Positions 40,942 to 48,308 of a stretch of 64,000 nt of DNA are shown piece after piece. The notes below the pieces were generated by a model. The model ran no database searches and was not told where the DNA came from. It saw only the letters and a list, made by a program, of their open reading frames with translations. This DNA comes from Acidobacterium sp. Lineage in GTDB: Bacteria; Acidobacteriota; Vicinamibacteria; Vicinamibacterales; UBA2999. Location of the stretch: contig NSIL01000003.1 of NCBI GenBank assembly GCA_002737365.1, positions 135,078-199,077 on the forward strand, given 5' to 3'. Position 1 is the first letter of the stretch. Every line of letters begins with the position of its first letter. A program made the translations under genes and the position numbers.

Positions 40942-42060
40942 ATGACCCCGAGGACTGAAATTGCCAACCCACGCGTAGAAGCCGGCATCCCTTTTGTTGA
41001 GGCCCTGGCCCGTCGCATGGCCGCTACCATGCCGCACTCGATCGACCTCGGCGACCTGATCCAGGACGGGGTGATCGGCCTGATCGATGCTGCGCACCGC
41101 TTCGACGACTCGCGGGGGATCAAGTTCGAGACGTTTGCGGAACGCCGCATCCGCGGGGCGATGATCGACGCGCTGCGCAAGGACGCGTGGCCACGCGGGG
41201 TGCGCCGTGTGCGGCGCGAACTCGAAGCCGCCCGTGAGAAACTGCGCAAAACGCTCGGTCACGAGCCGTCGCTTGCCGATCTCGCCCAAGAGATTGGTTC
41301 TGACGAAAAGCGCCTCGGCAAGACGATCGTCCGCATCAACACCATTGAATCGACGTCGCCGTTTTCGAGCGCCGAGAATATCGATGAATCGCAGTTGCCT
41401 GCCGTGATGGTGCCCGCCGAGCCGGAGCGCCCTGACCTGCAGTACGAGCGCCACGAAGTGAAGAGCCGTGTCCGCAACGCCATTGCCACATTGCCGCCGC
41501 GCGAGCAGCGCGTGATTGCGCTTTATTACTACAACGAAGTGACCATGAGGGACATTGGCGCGGAGTTGGGCGTCAACGAATCGCGGGTGTCGCAGTTGCA
41601 TGCGCGCGCCATCAAGCGAATGAAGGAAGCGCTGGGCGCGGAGATTACGCCGATCGCGGCCTCGGCAGCGTTGCGCGAAGTATTTGCGGCGTTCGAGGTG
41701 GGCAATTCGGGGATCGGGGCTCAGGGACCAGGGCTCAGGGTTGTCGCGGCCCCGAAGCCGAAGATGGCCTCCACCTTCGCCAAGGCTACGGTCGACAAGA
41801 AGATGGCAAAAGCAGCGTTGCCCGAATCGGATACCCGGGTACCGCATGCTGCTCAAAGACGAGCCGAGTTGGTGTTGGTTTCGAATCAGGACAACGTATC
41901 GCGGGCGGCGCGCAGCAAGTCGCCCAACCTGAAGGGCTTGGACAGCCAGCGGCAGGCGGTCTCTTCAAGGAAGCGTTCGGCATCGGTCCCGGCGACATCG
42001 CCGGTGACGAAGATCACGCGACGCGCCAATGCCGGTGTGGCCGCGGCCATCGTGCGGTAG
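40942..42060 (+). CDS. FliA/WhiG-family (sigma-28 type) RNA polymerase sigma factor with ~130-aa C-terminal extension
   Basis: Region 2 (DLIQDGVIGLIDAAHRFD..FETFAERRIRGAM), region 3, region 4 (..LPPREQRVIALYYYNEVTMRDIGAELGVNESRVSQLHARAIKRMK). There is no stop until 42060. Confidence 0.8.
   Translation: MTPRTEIANPRVEAGIPFVEALARRMAATMPHSIDLGDLIQDGVIGLIDAAHRFDDSRGIKFETFAERRIRGAMIDALRKDAWPRGVRRVRRELEAAREKLRKTLGHEPSLADLAQEIGSDEKRLGKTIVRINTIESTSPFSSAENIDESQLPAVMVPAEPERPDLQYERHEVKSRVRNAIATLPPREQRVIALYYYNEVTMRDIGAELGVNESRVSQLHARAIKRMKEALGAEITPIAASAALREVFAAFEVGNSGIGAQGPGLRVVAAPKPKMASTFAKATVDKKMAKAALPESDTRVPHAAQRRAELVLVSNQDNVSRAARSKSPNLKGLDSQRQAVSSRKRSASVPATSPVTKITRRANAGVAAAIVR
41708..41742 (+). repeat. 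Five-unit CGGGGMT/CAGGGNY heptamer array just after sigma region 4
   Basis: CGGGGAT CGGGGCT CAGGGAC CAGGGCT CAGGGTT (35 nt) encodes GIGAQGPGLRV. Confidence 0.8.
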
Positions 42061-43430
42061 AACTGCATGCCGTCAATGCGCGGCATCTTCAGGTCGCACA
42101 CGATCAGATCGTAGTTGGCCTCGGTGAGGCGGGTCAGGCCCTGCTCACCGTCGCCGGCGCGATCGACGGTGAACCCCGCATCTTCCAGCGCCTCAGACAC
42201 CGCCACCGCCAGCGCCGGCTCATCTTCCACCACCAACACCCGCAGTCCCTTGAACGCTTCAAGCGAGATCGGCTGCTGCGCCGCGCGCGCCGCGGGCGCG
42301 TTCAGGTGTTGACCGCTGACCGGCAACTCGACGAAAAACGACGTCCCTGCATTGCTGGAACTGAGCCAGATGCGTCCACTGTGCTCCTGCACGATCGCAT
42401 AGGCGACGGTCAGTCCGAGGCCGGTGCCCTGGCCCACTTCCTTGGTCGTAAAAAACGGATCGAACACCCGTCCCTGCTTCTCCTCCGCAATCCCCGGCCC
42501 ATCGTCGTTCACTTCGAGCACGGCGGAGCCGCGGTCGGCATCGTGAGACGTGCGCACGACGATGGTGCCACGGCCGTTGGCGCCAATGCAGGCTTGCTCG
42601 GCGTTGATCACGAGGTTGAGTAACACCTGCTTGATCTGGTGGCCGTCAGCAAACACCTCTGGCACTCCGCTCGAGAGCGCTTCGACGACCTTGACGTTGC
42701 TGACCTTCTGTTCGTAGGCGCGCAGCGCGAGTGTTTCGCGAACCACCTGGTTGAGATCCACCATGGCCCGAGTGGTCTGACGCTTGCGCGCGAAGGTCAG
42801 CAAGTTGCGGACGATGCGGGCGGCGCGTTCGGATTCGGCGAGGATGACCTCGAGCCCCTGACGGGTCTTGTCGTCGACGTTGCGCTCGGCCAGGCGCTCG
42901 GCCCACGACAAGATGGTGGCCAGCGGGTTGTTCAGCTCGTGCGCGACCCCTGAAATGGTCTGGCCGAGGGCGGCCATCTTCTCGGCCTGCAGCAGTTGGT
43001 AGCGGCCGTCGCGCGACTGGTCGTCGAGCTTCTTTCGCTCGCTGACGTCGCGGATGAGGGCTTCGACGTGGAGTGTTGCCGCCGCCGAACCTGATGGTTC
43101 GTCGCCACGACGGTTGGGGGCACGACGATTGGAGGCACTGTCCGACGCGCTGGCGGAGACTTCCACCCAGATCGGGCCGCCGTCGACGCGACGCAAGCGC
43201 AGCAGGTGATCGGTGACGACGCCCTCGCGAGCGAGGCGCTCGATGAACAGCGTACGCGCCTGCAGATCGACAAACCGGGAAACAGCGAACGGTTGAACGA
43301 GCGATTCAGCGGTCTCCGGCGGGTAGCCGAAGATGGTCTTCAGGTGGGGATTGGCTGACAGCGTGGTCGTGCCGACCGCACCGAGAGTACCGACGTAGAC
43401 CCCCTCGCGAACGGCCTGAAACACTTCCAC
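41886..43430 (-). CDS. Hybrid sensor histidine kinase (PAS - HisKA - HATPase_c - REC)
   Basis: H-box VAHELNNPLATILSWAERL. ATPase boxes (..NLVINAEQA.., DDGPGI, GTGLGL). C-terminal receiver (VLVVEDEPAL..LIVCDLKMPRIDG..SKPF). Confidence 0.9.
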   Translation of the reverse strand: MEVFQAVREGVYVGTLGAVGTTTLSANPHLKTIFGYPPETAESLVQPFAVSRFVDLQARTLFIERLAREGVVTDHLLRLRRVDGGPIWVEVSASASDSASNRRAPNRRGDEPSGSAAATLHVEALIRDVSERKKLDDQSRDGRYQLLQAEKMAALGQTISGVAHELNNPLATILSWAERLAERNVDDKTRQGLEVILAESERAARIVRNLLTFARKRQTTRAMVDLNQVVRETLALRAYEQKVSNVKVVEALSSGVPEVFADGHQIKQVLLNLVINAEQACIGANGRGTIVVRTSHDADRGSAVLEVNDDGPGIAEEKQGRVFDPFFTTKEVGQGTGLGLTVAYAIVQEHSGRIWLSSSNAGTSFFVELPVSGQHLNAPAARAAQQPISLEAFKGLRVLVVEDEPALAVAVSEALEDAGFTVDRAGDGEQGLTRLTEANYDLIVCDLKMPRIDGMQFYRTMAAATPALARRVIFVTGDVAGTDAERFLEETACRWLSKPFRLGDLLRAARDTLS

Positions 43431-43433
43431 CCG

Positions 43434-43970
43434 TTACTTCTTCGGTGGGAAGGGCGTGGGCGTCTTGCCGGCCGCATTGCCCGGCGTCCACTTCTTCTCG
43501 ATCGCGGCCCGAATCGAATGAACATCGGCGCCCGAGGAGTACAGCTGCATGGCCTCGCGAGCGACGTCCACGCAAATGGTGCAACCAAAGCCGTGCGTGT
43601 CCCATTCGAGCACGTTGCCCTTGGGGTCGCGCTTGGCGACGAAGCACGAATCGTTGGCCTTGTGGCCGTCGGCGCCGCAGCCGCAATAACATGGCACGTA
43701 CTGAAGAATTTCGGGATGTTGCGCGGCAAAGTCGTAGGTGGCGCGCACGATCTCCATGGGCCGCACGGGGGCGAACCCAACGGCCGGCAGCGGCGGTGTG
43801 GTCTTTCTCACGGCTTGGGGCTTGGGGCTTGGGGCTTGAGGTTTGACGGAACTGGCTTGGGCCGCGGGCTTCGGGCTCGCCACCTGCGATGCAGCGAGGG
43901 CCACGGTCGTGACCAGCGCGAGCCCGGCAATGCCGAGCAGAATCGTGAAGGGTTGTCGGCGCATCTTCAT
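43434..43970 (-). CDS. PCYCGC-motif secreted/membrane-anchored protein
   Basis: ATG 43970 (MKMRRQPFTILLGIAGLALV..) lies inside track ORF 43434..44096. ..YVPCYCGCGADGH.. motif. Confidence 0.7.
   Translation of the reverse strand: MKMRRQPFTILLGIAGLALVTTVALAASQVASPKPAAQASSVKPQAPSPKPQAVRKTTPPLPAVGFAPVRPMEIVRATYDFAAQHPEILQYVPCYCGCGADGHKANDSCFVAKRDPKGNVLEWDTHGFGCTICVDVAREAMQLYSSGADVHSIRAAIEKKWTPGNAAGKTPTPFPPKK
43814..43848 (+). repeat. (CTTGGGG)x3 plus CTTGAGG TTTGACG array inside the PCYCGC gene
   Basis: Encodes [11 protein letters not shown] in the post-anchor linker. Shares the 3' flank TTTGA with the gyrA copy. Confidence 0.9.
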
Positions 43971-44143
43971 GGCAGCTAATTTAACACCACTCGCTGCTAT
44001 ACCGGCCTCCTCCAAATGAAGCTGTTTGGCCGACAGGACTGGTTGCTCATCGGCGCCCTGACCATGGCGTTGCTCGTCGTCTTCATCGTCGCCCATTACG
44101 CGGATGCTCGACTACGCACGCGGCAGAATCGGGTCAGCTGAGA

Positions 44144-44224
44144 ACCGGGATCCGGGGTCCGGGCTCGGGGAACCGGTCGAAAAGAACTCTTGTCCTTGAT
44201 GCCCAAACCCCGGATCCCGGACTC
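44144..44224. repeat. Inverted pair of GGGRTCC arrays between the MFS stop and the PCYCGC gene
   Basis: ACCGGGATCCGGGGTCCGGGCTCGGGGAACCGG ... AACCCCGGATCCCGGAC. CCGGGATCCGGGGT pairs with its complement across a ~48-nt loop. Confidence 0.75.
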
Positions 44225-45467
44225 ACACCATCCGCCGTCCACGCGTCTCGGGAATGCCAATCCACAGCAACGCTGCGATCAGGAATGCGAACGCCGTGAT
44301 CGTGAACGCGAGTCCGAATCCCCGCGACTGCGCCAGGCTGCCGATCACAAACGGCGCAGCGGCGCTCAGCAGTCGTCCACTGTTGTAAGTCACGCCGAGC
44401 GCGGTGGCACGAATGGCGGTCGGGAAGATCTCCGAGGCCACCGCGCCGAAGCCGCTAAAGTATCCCGTCCCGAAGAACGCGACGAACGGGCCGAGCACGA
44501 GCAGAAACACCGGCTCGCGCGTCGAGCCGTAGGCCCACACCAGCGCCGCCGCCAGGACCAGATACGTCACGTACGTCGGCCTGCGGCCAAACCTGTCGCT
44601 GATGAAGCCGAACGTCACGTAGCCAAGCCACATCCCGACCTGCATGGCGACAATGAACATCGACATCGTGGTGGTCGAGAGGCCAATACCGCCCTGCGCG
44701 ATGGGCAGCGACAGGTACGACGGCACCCACAGGTTCAAGCCCCACCACGCAAACATCGTGGCTGCGTTCATCAGCGTCAGTGTCACGATGATGCGCAGCG
44801 GCACACGGCCGGGGTCCGGGGTCCGGGGTCCGGGATCCGGGACCTGGGATCCGGGATCCGGACGAACGCTTGCCTCCCGAGAGCGCGTCCACATCTCTGG
44901 CTCTTCCAGGTTGCGCCGAATCCAGAGCGTGAAGATCGCCGGGATGATGCCCACGAAGAACACTGCGCGCCAGCCGTACGTTGGCAGCACGAGGGCTACG
45001 ACGATGGCGGCGGCGCCGTAGCCGATGGCCCAGCAGCTTTGCATGATGCCGAGCGCCTTGCCGCGATGCTTCTCGGGCCAGGTTTCGCTGACGAGCGTGG
45101 CGCCGCTGGCCCATTCGCCACCCATGCCGAGTCCGAGCAGGAAACGGAAGAGCGCGAGTTGCCACACGTTCTGGGCGAGGCCACAGGCGAACGTAAACAC
45201 CGAGTAGAGCAGGATGCTGAGCGACAGCGCGCGCGTGCGCCCCAGCTTGTCGGCAACGACGCCGAACACGAGGCCGCCGAGCGCCGAGGCCGCCAGGGTG
45301 AGTGACGCCAGTTGCCCGCCCGTCGCCAGGGTCAGGTTCAGGTCCTTCACGACGGCGGTGAGGATCAGGGCGTAGAGCATGACGTCGAAGGCGTCGAGGA
45401 GCCAGCCCAGGGAGGCGGCAATCAGGGCCTTCCTGGCCGCTGGAGAGGCTTCATTCCAAAAGCTCAT
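44223..45467 (-). CDS. MFS transporter (12 TM)
   Basis: 414 aa. ..GWLLDAFD.., ..DKLGRTRAL.. (motif A-like), ..SDRFGRRPT.. in the second half. Confidence 0.9.
   Translation of the reverse strand: MSFWNEASPAARKALIAASLGWLLDAFDVMLYALILTAVVKDLNLTLATGGQLASLTLAASALGGLVFGVVADKLGRTRALSLSILLYSVFTFACGLAQNVWQLALFRFLLGLGMGGEWASGATLVSETWPEKHRGKALGIMQSCWAIGYGAAAIVVALVLPTYGWRAVFFVGIIPAIFTLWIRRNLEEPEMWTRSREASVRPDPGSQVPDPGPRTPDPGRVPLRIIVTLTLMNAATMFAWWGLNLWVPSYLSLPIAQGGIGLSTTTMSMFIVAMQVGMWLGYVTFGFISDRFGRRPTYVTYLVLAAALVWAYGSTREPVFLLVLGPFVAFFGTGYFSGFGAVASEIFPTAIRATALGVTYNSGRLLSAAAPFVIGSLAQSRGFGLAFTITAFAFLIAALLWIGIPETRGRRMV
44811..44861 (+). repeat. Longest heptamer array: 7 units plus GG (51 nt) in the central loop of the MFS gene
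   Basis: GGGGTCC x3, GGGATCC, GGGACCT, GGGATCC x2, GG. Encodes RPDPGSQVPDPGPRTPDPG on the minus strand. Seven G3+ runs. Confidence 0.92.
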
Positions 45468-45505
45468 ATGTTGAATAATATCCAGTTACTGGCTAATATT
45501 TAAGA

Positions 45506-45988
45506 ATGATCGACGAAATAGACGGCTCAATACTGGATATTCTTCAGTATAACGCCAGGACGTCCCAAGCCGAACTGGCCAAGGCCGTGGGTCTGGCCCC
45601 TTCGGCGGTGACCGAACGCCTGAAGAAGCTTGAGGCGAAGGGCATTATCCGGGATTACGTCGCGCTGATCGACCCCCATGTCGTGGACCGTGGACTGCTG
45701 GCGTTTGTGTCGGTGCGAACCTCTGAGCACGGGCCCGACATGCCGTCAGCGATCGAGCTCAGCCGGATTCCCGAAGTGCTCGAGGTGCATCACGTGGCCG
45801 GTGACGATTGTTACCTGCTGAAGGTGCGCGCCCGCGACGCCGAGCACCTGGGACAGATTCTGCGCCAGCAGATCGCGGCGGCCCAGTGCGTGACGTCCAC
45901 CCGGACCACGATCGTCCTCGAGACCGTGAAGGAAGACCCGCGGATTCAGATCCCGAAAGAGAAGACGCTCGCGGGGCCCAGGCTGTGA
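45506..45988 (+). CDS. Lrp/AsnC-family transcriptional regulator
   Basis: MIDEIDGSILDILQYNARTSQAELAKAVGLAPSAVTERLKKLE (HTH) plus a RAM domain. Confidence 0.9.
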   Translation: MIDEIDGSILDILQYNARTSQAELAKAVGLAPSAVTERLKKLEAKGIIRDYVALIDPHVVDRGLLAFVSVRTSEHGPDMPSAIELSRIPEVLEVHHVAGDDCYLLKVRARDAEHLGQILRQQIAAAQCVTSTRTTIVLETVKEDPRIQIPKEKTLAGPRL

Positions 45989-46854
45989 GCCTCGCGCACC
46001 TCGCCTTCATCACCGTCTGCATCGTCTGGGGCACGACCTATCTTGCGATTCACGTCGCGCTCGAAACTGTGCCGGTGTTGTTGTTGGCCGGCCTGCGCTG
46101 GATGGCCGCCGGTGTGCTGCTATCAGGCATTCTGATCGCCCGGGGGCGCCGCCTGCCGCCGCTGCGGTTGTGGGGTCCGTTGATCCTGCTGGGCTTCCTG
46201 ATGAACATCATGGGCAACGGCTTCGTGGTGTTCGCGCAGCAGTACGTGGCCAGTGGCTTGACCGCGGTGTTGATTGCGACCACGCCGTTCTGGTCGGCGC
46301 TGCTCGAGCGGCTGTTGCCCAATGGCGATCGTTTCACGCCCCGCGCCTTGATCGGCCTCTCCATCGGCTTCTCGGGCATCGTCATTCTGGTCTGGCCTGA
46401 GATGTCGCAAGGCGGTGCGGGCGGCCGCGCGTTTGTCGGCGGCGTGATCGCGATTCAGCTGGCGTGCGTGGGGTGGGTAATCGGCACGTCGTACGCGAAG
46501 CGCCACGAGCTGGGCGACCACCCGTTTCCGTCGGCGGCCCTGCAGATGATTTTCAGTGGCGTGATGTTGCTGGCGGCCGCGACCGTGCATGGCGACTGGG
46601 CGCACCTGACGTTCACGCCCCGCACGTTTGCGGCGATGGCATACCTGTCGATTGCCGGTTCGCTGGTTGCCTACTCGGCGTACATCTACGCCATTCAACA
46701 CCTACGCCTGTCGCTGGTCTCGCTCTATGCGTACATCAACCCGATCATCGCGGTGGCGCTCGGGACCGTGCTCCTGGGCGAGCCGCTATCGAGCCGCATC
46801 ATGCTTGCGGCTGGACTGGTGCTCACGGGGACGTGGATTGTTGGGAGGAAGTAG
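45985..46854 (+). CDS. EamA/DMT-family transporter
   Basis: GTG 45985 (overlaps the lrp stop) is in frame with track ORF 45808. 10 TM. ..VCIVWGTTYLAI.. EamA repeat. Confidence 0.85.
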   Translation: MSLAHLAFITVCIVWGTTYLAIHVALETVPVLLLAGLRWMAAGVLLSGILIARGRRLPPLRLWGPLILLGFLMNIMGNGFVVFAQQYVASGLTAVLIATTPFWSALLERLLPNGDRFTPRALIGLSIGFSGIVILVWPEMSQGGAGGRAFVGGVIAIQLACVGWVIGTSYAKRHELGDHPFPSAALQMIFSGVMLLAAATVHGDWAHLTFTPRTFAAMAYLSIAGSLVAYSAYIYAIQHLRLSLVSLYAYINPIIAVALGTVLLGEPLSSRIMLAAGLVLTGTWIVGRK

Positions 46855-46869
46855 CCGGCCGGGATCCCG

Positions 46870-47826
46870 TCACTGTCCCTTGTACAACACCCGGCCGAGC
46901 CGTTTGTGCCACGCGGTGAATTCGTCTGATGACGGGTCTTCGGCAATGGCGCGGCGCACCTGGTTGATCTTGGCGTCCAGTTCGTCCACTGACGCGAGGA
47001 TGAACGCCTCGATCGACTTGGGCTCGACCGGCGACCCGTACTCGCGCGTGCCGTGGTGCGAGGCGACCAGGTGTTCGACCTGTGCGCGCAACTCGACCGG
47101 AAAGTCAGTCATGCCGTTGATCGCCTCGCGCACCAGCATCAGGCCGAGCGCGATGTGGCCCACCATGTTGCCGTCGCGGGTGTAGCTGCCGGTGCCGCCC
47201 TCGTAGGCTAGCTCCTGAAGCTTGCCGATGTCGTGCAGGACGACACCCGCGAGCACCAGGTCACGGTTGGCGCCGTAGCACTGAGAGAGCAACGCCCCGA
47301 CCTCGGCCATCTTGGTGATGTGCTCGAGAAAGCCGCCGCGATAGGCGTGATGAATGGTCTGCGCCGCCGGCCAGGTCTTCAACTGATCAGCGTGGTCGGT
47401 GGTGATGCGATTGAGCAGCACGCGCAGGTGGTCGTTCGTCATCGCGCGCAACCGGCCTTGCAGCTCTTCCCACATCTCGTCGACGGGGCGTGGCGCGCTC
47501 AGGATGCACTCGTCCTCGCGAAAGCCCTGCAGGCGATCCTGATCGGGATTGACGCGGCGGATGGTCGAGAGAATCAGTTGGACCTGGCCGTTGTAGAGGC
47601 TGCCTCGGCCCTCGGCCCGCACGAACTCGCCGGCCTCGAACTCGGTCTTGCAGCGTTCGACCCCCGAGAGAATCTTGCCGGTGGTCTGGCCCGAGGCATC
47701 CTGCAGGTTCAGGATCATGAACTCGCTGCCGCTGCGCCCGGCCCGGAGTTCCTTGTAGGTGCAGAGGAAGAAACCCCAGCCCGAATCTTCGGTCGTCAGT
47801 TTGGCAATGCGAGGGAGCTTGTTCAT
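46870..47826 (-). CDS. OB-fold plus HD-domain nuclease (YhaM/Cbf1-like 3'-5' exoribonuclease family)
   Basis: N-terminal OB fold (..FFLCTYKELRAGRSGSEFMILNLQDASG..), HD domain (..HHAYRGGFLEH..VLHDIGK..ASHHG). Confidence 0.8.
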   Translation of the reverse strand: MNKLPRIAKLTTEDSGWGFFLCTYKELRAGRSGSEFMILNLQDASGQTTGKILSGVERCKTEFEAGEFVRAEGRGSLYNGQVQLILSTIRRVNPDQDRLQGFREDECILSAPRPVDEMWEELQGRLRAMTNDHLRVLLNRITTDHADQLKTWPAAQTIHHAYRGGFLEHITKMAEVGALLSQCYGANRDLVLAGVVLHDIGKLQELAYEGGTGSYTRDGNMVGHIALGLMLVREAINGMTDFPVELRAQVEHLVASHHGTREYGSPVEPKSIEAFILASVDELDAKINQVRRAIAEDPSSDEFTAWHKRLGRVLYKGQ

Positions 47827-48269
47827 TCCGAGCCAAGCGCAAACGTCATCGTGCCGTGAATCACGACCTTCTTACCGACGCGGGCGCGGCCCTCGAGCAC
47901 GCCCATACGGCTCTTCAGGCGCTTGACGCGGGCCTCGATGATGACCTGGTCGCCGACGTGCACCGGCGCGCGGAAACGGACGCGCTCCATGCCGCGGAAG
48001 AAGATCAGCATGCCCTTGTTCTCGGGCTTGGCCAGGATCAGGATCGCGCCTACCTGCGCCACCGCCTCGGTCAGGATCGTCGGTGGCAGCGTCGGCCGGC
48101 CGTCGGGTCCGGTGCGGCTCAGGTACGGTTCGTTGATCGAGACGTTCTTGACGCCGACGATTCGTTGATCCGGCTCGAATTCGACAATCCGGTCGACCAG
48201 CAGAAACGGCGAGCGGTGTGGCAGAATCCGCTCAATTGCCGTGATGTCCAGCGGAAGTGCAATCGCCAT
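47823..48269 (-). CDS. fabZ: 3-hydroxyacyl-ACP dehydratase FabZ
   Basis: ATG 48269. ..ILPHRSPFLLVDRIVEFEP..GVKNVSINEPY..PTLPPTILTEA.. Confidence 0.9.
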   Translation of the reverse strand: MAIALPLDITAIERILPHRSPFLLVDRIVEFEPDQRIVGVKNVSINEPYLSRTGPDGRPTLPPTILTEAVAQVGAILILAKPENKGMLIFFRGMERVRFRAPVHVGDQVIIEARVKRLKSRMGVLEGRARVGKKVVIHGTMTFALGSE

Positions 48270-48308
48270 GGAGATCAGAATTATACTTCGCCCGTTGGAG
48301 GCCCTGTC

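Noticed and set aside
43106-43135. Tandem 15-nt duplication CACGACGGTTGGGGG / CACGACGATTGGAGG in the histidine kinase (encodes NRRAPNRRG)
   Set aside because: This is a simple local 5-codon duplication in an inter-domain linker. It is unrelated to the dispersed families and has no evident functional implication.
47856-48308. 151-codon N-terminal extension of the S9 peptidase ORF. The same issue occurs at 35249-35386 (NeuB-like), 45808-45984 (EamA), 20638-20721 (atpF) and 43971-44096 (PCYCGC).
   Set aside because: The extensions overlap upstream genes or run antisense to them, and they lack family similarity. Internal starts give proper signal peptides or conserved N-termini.
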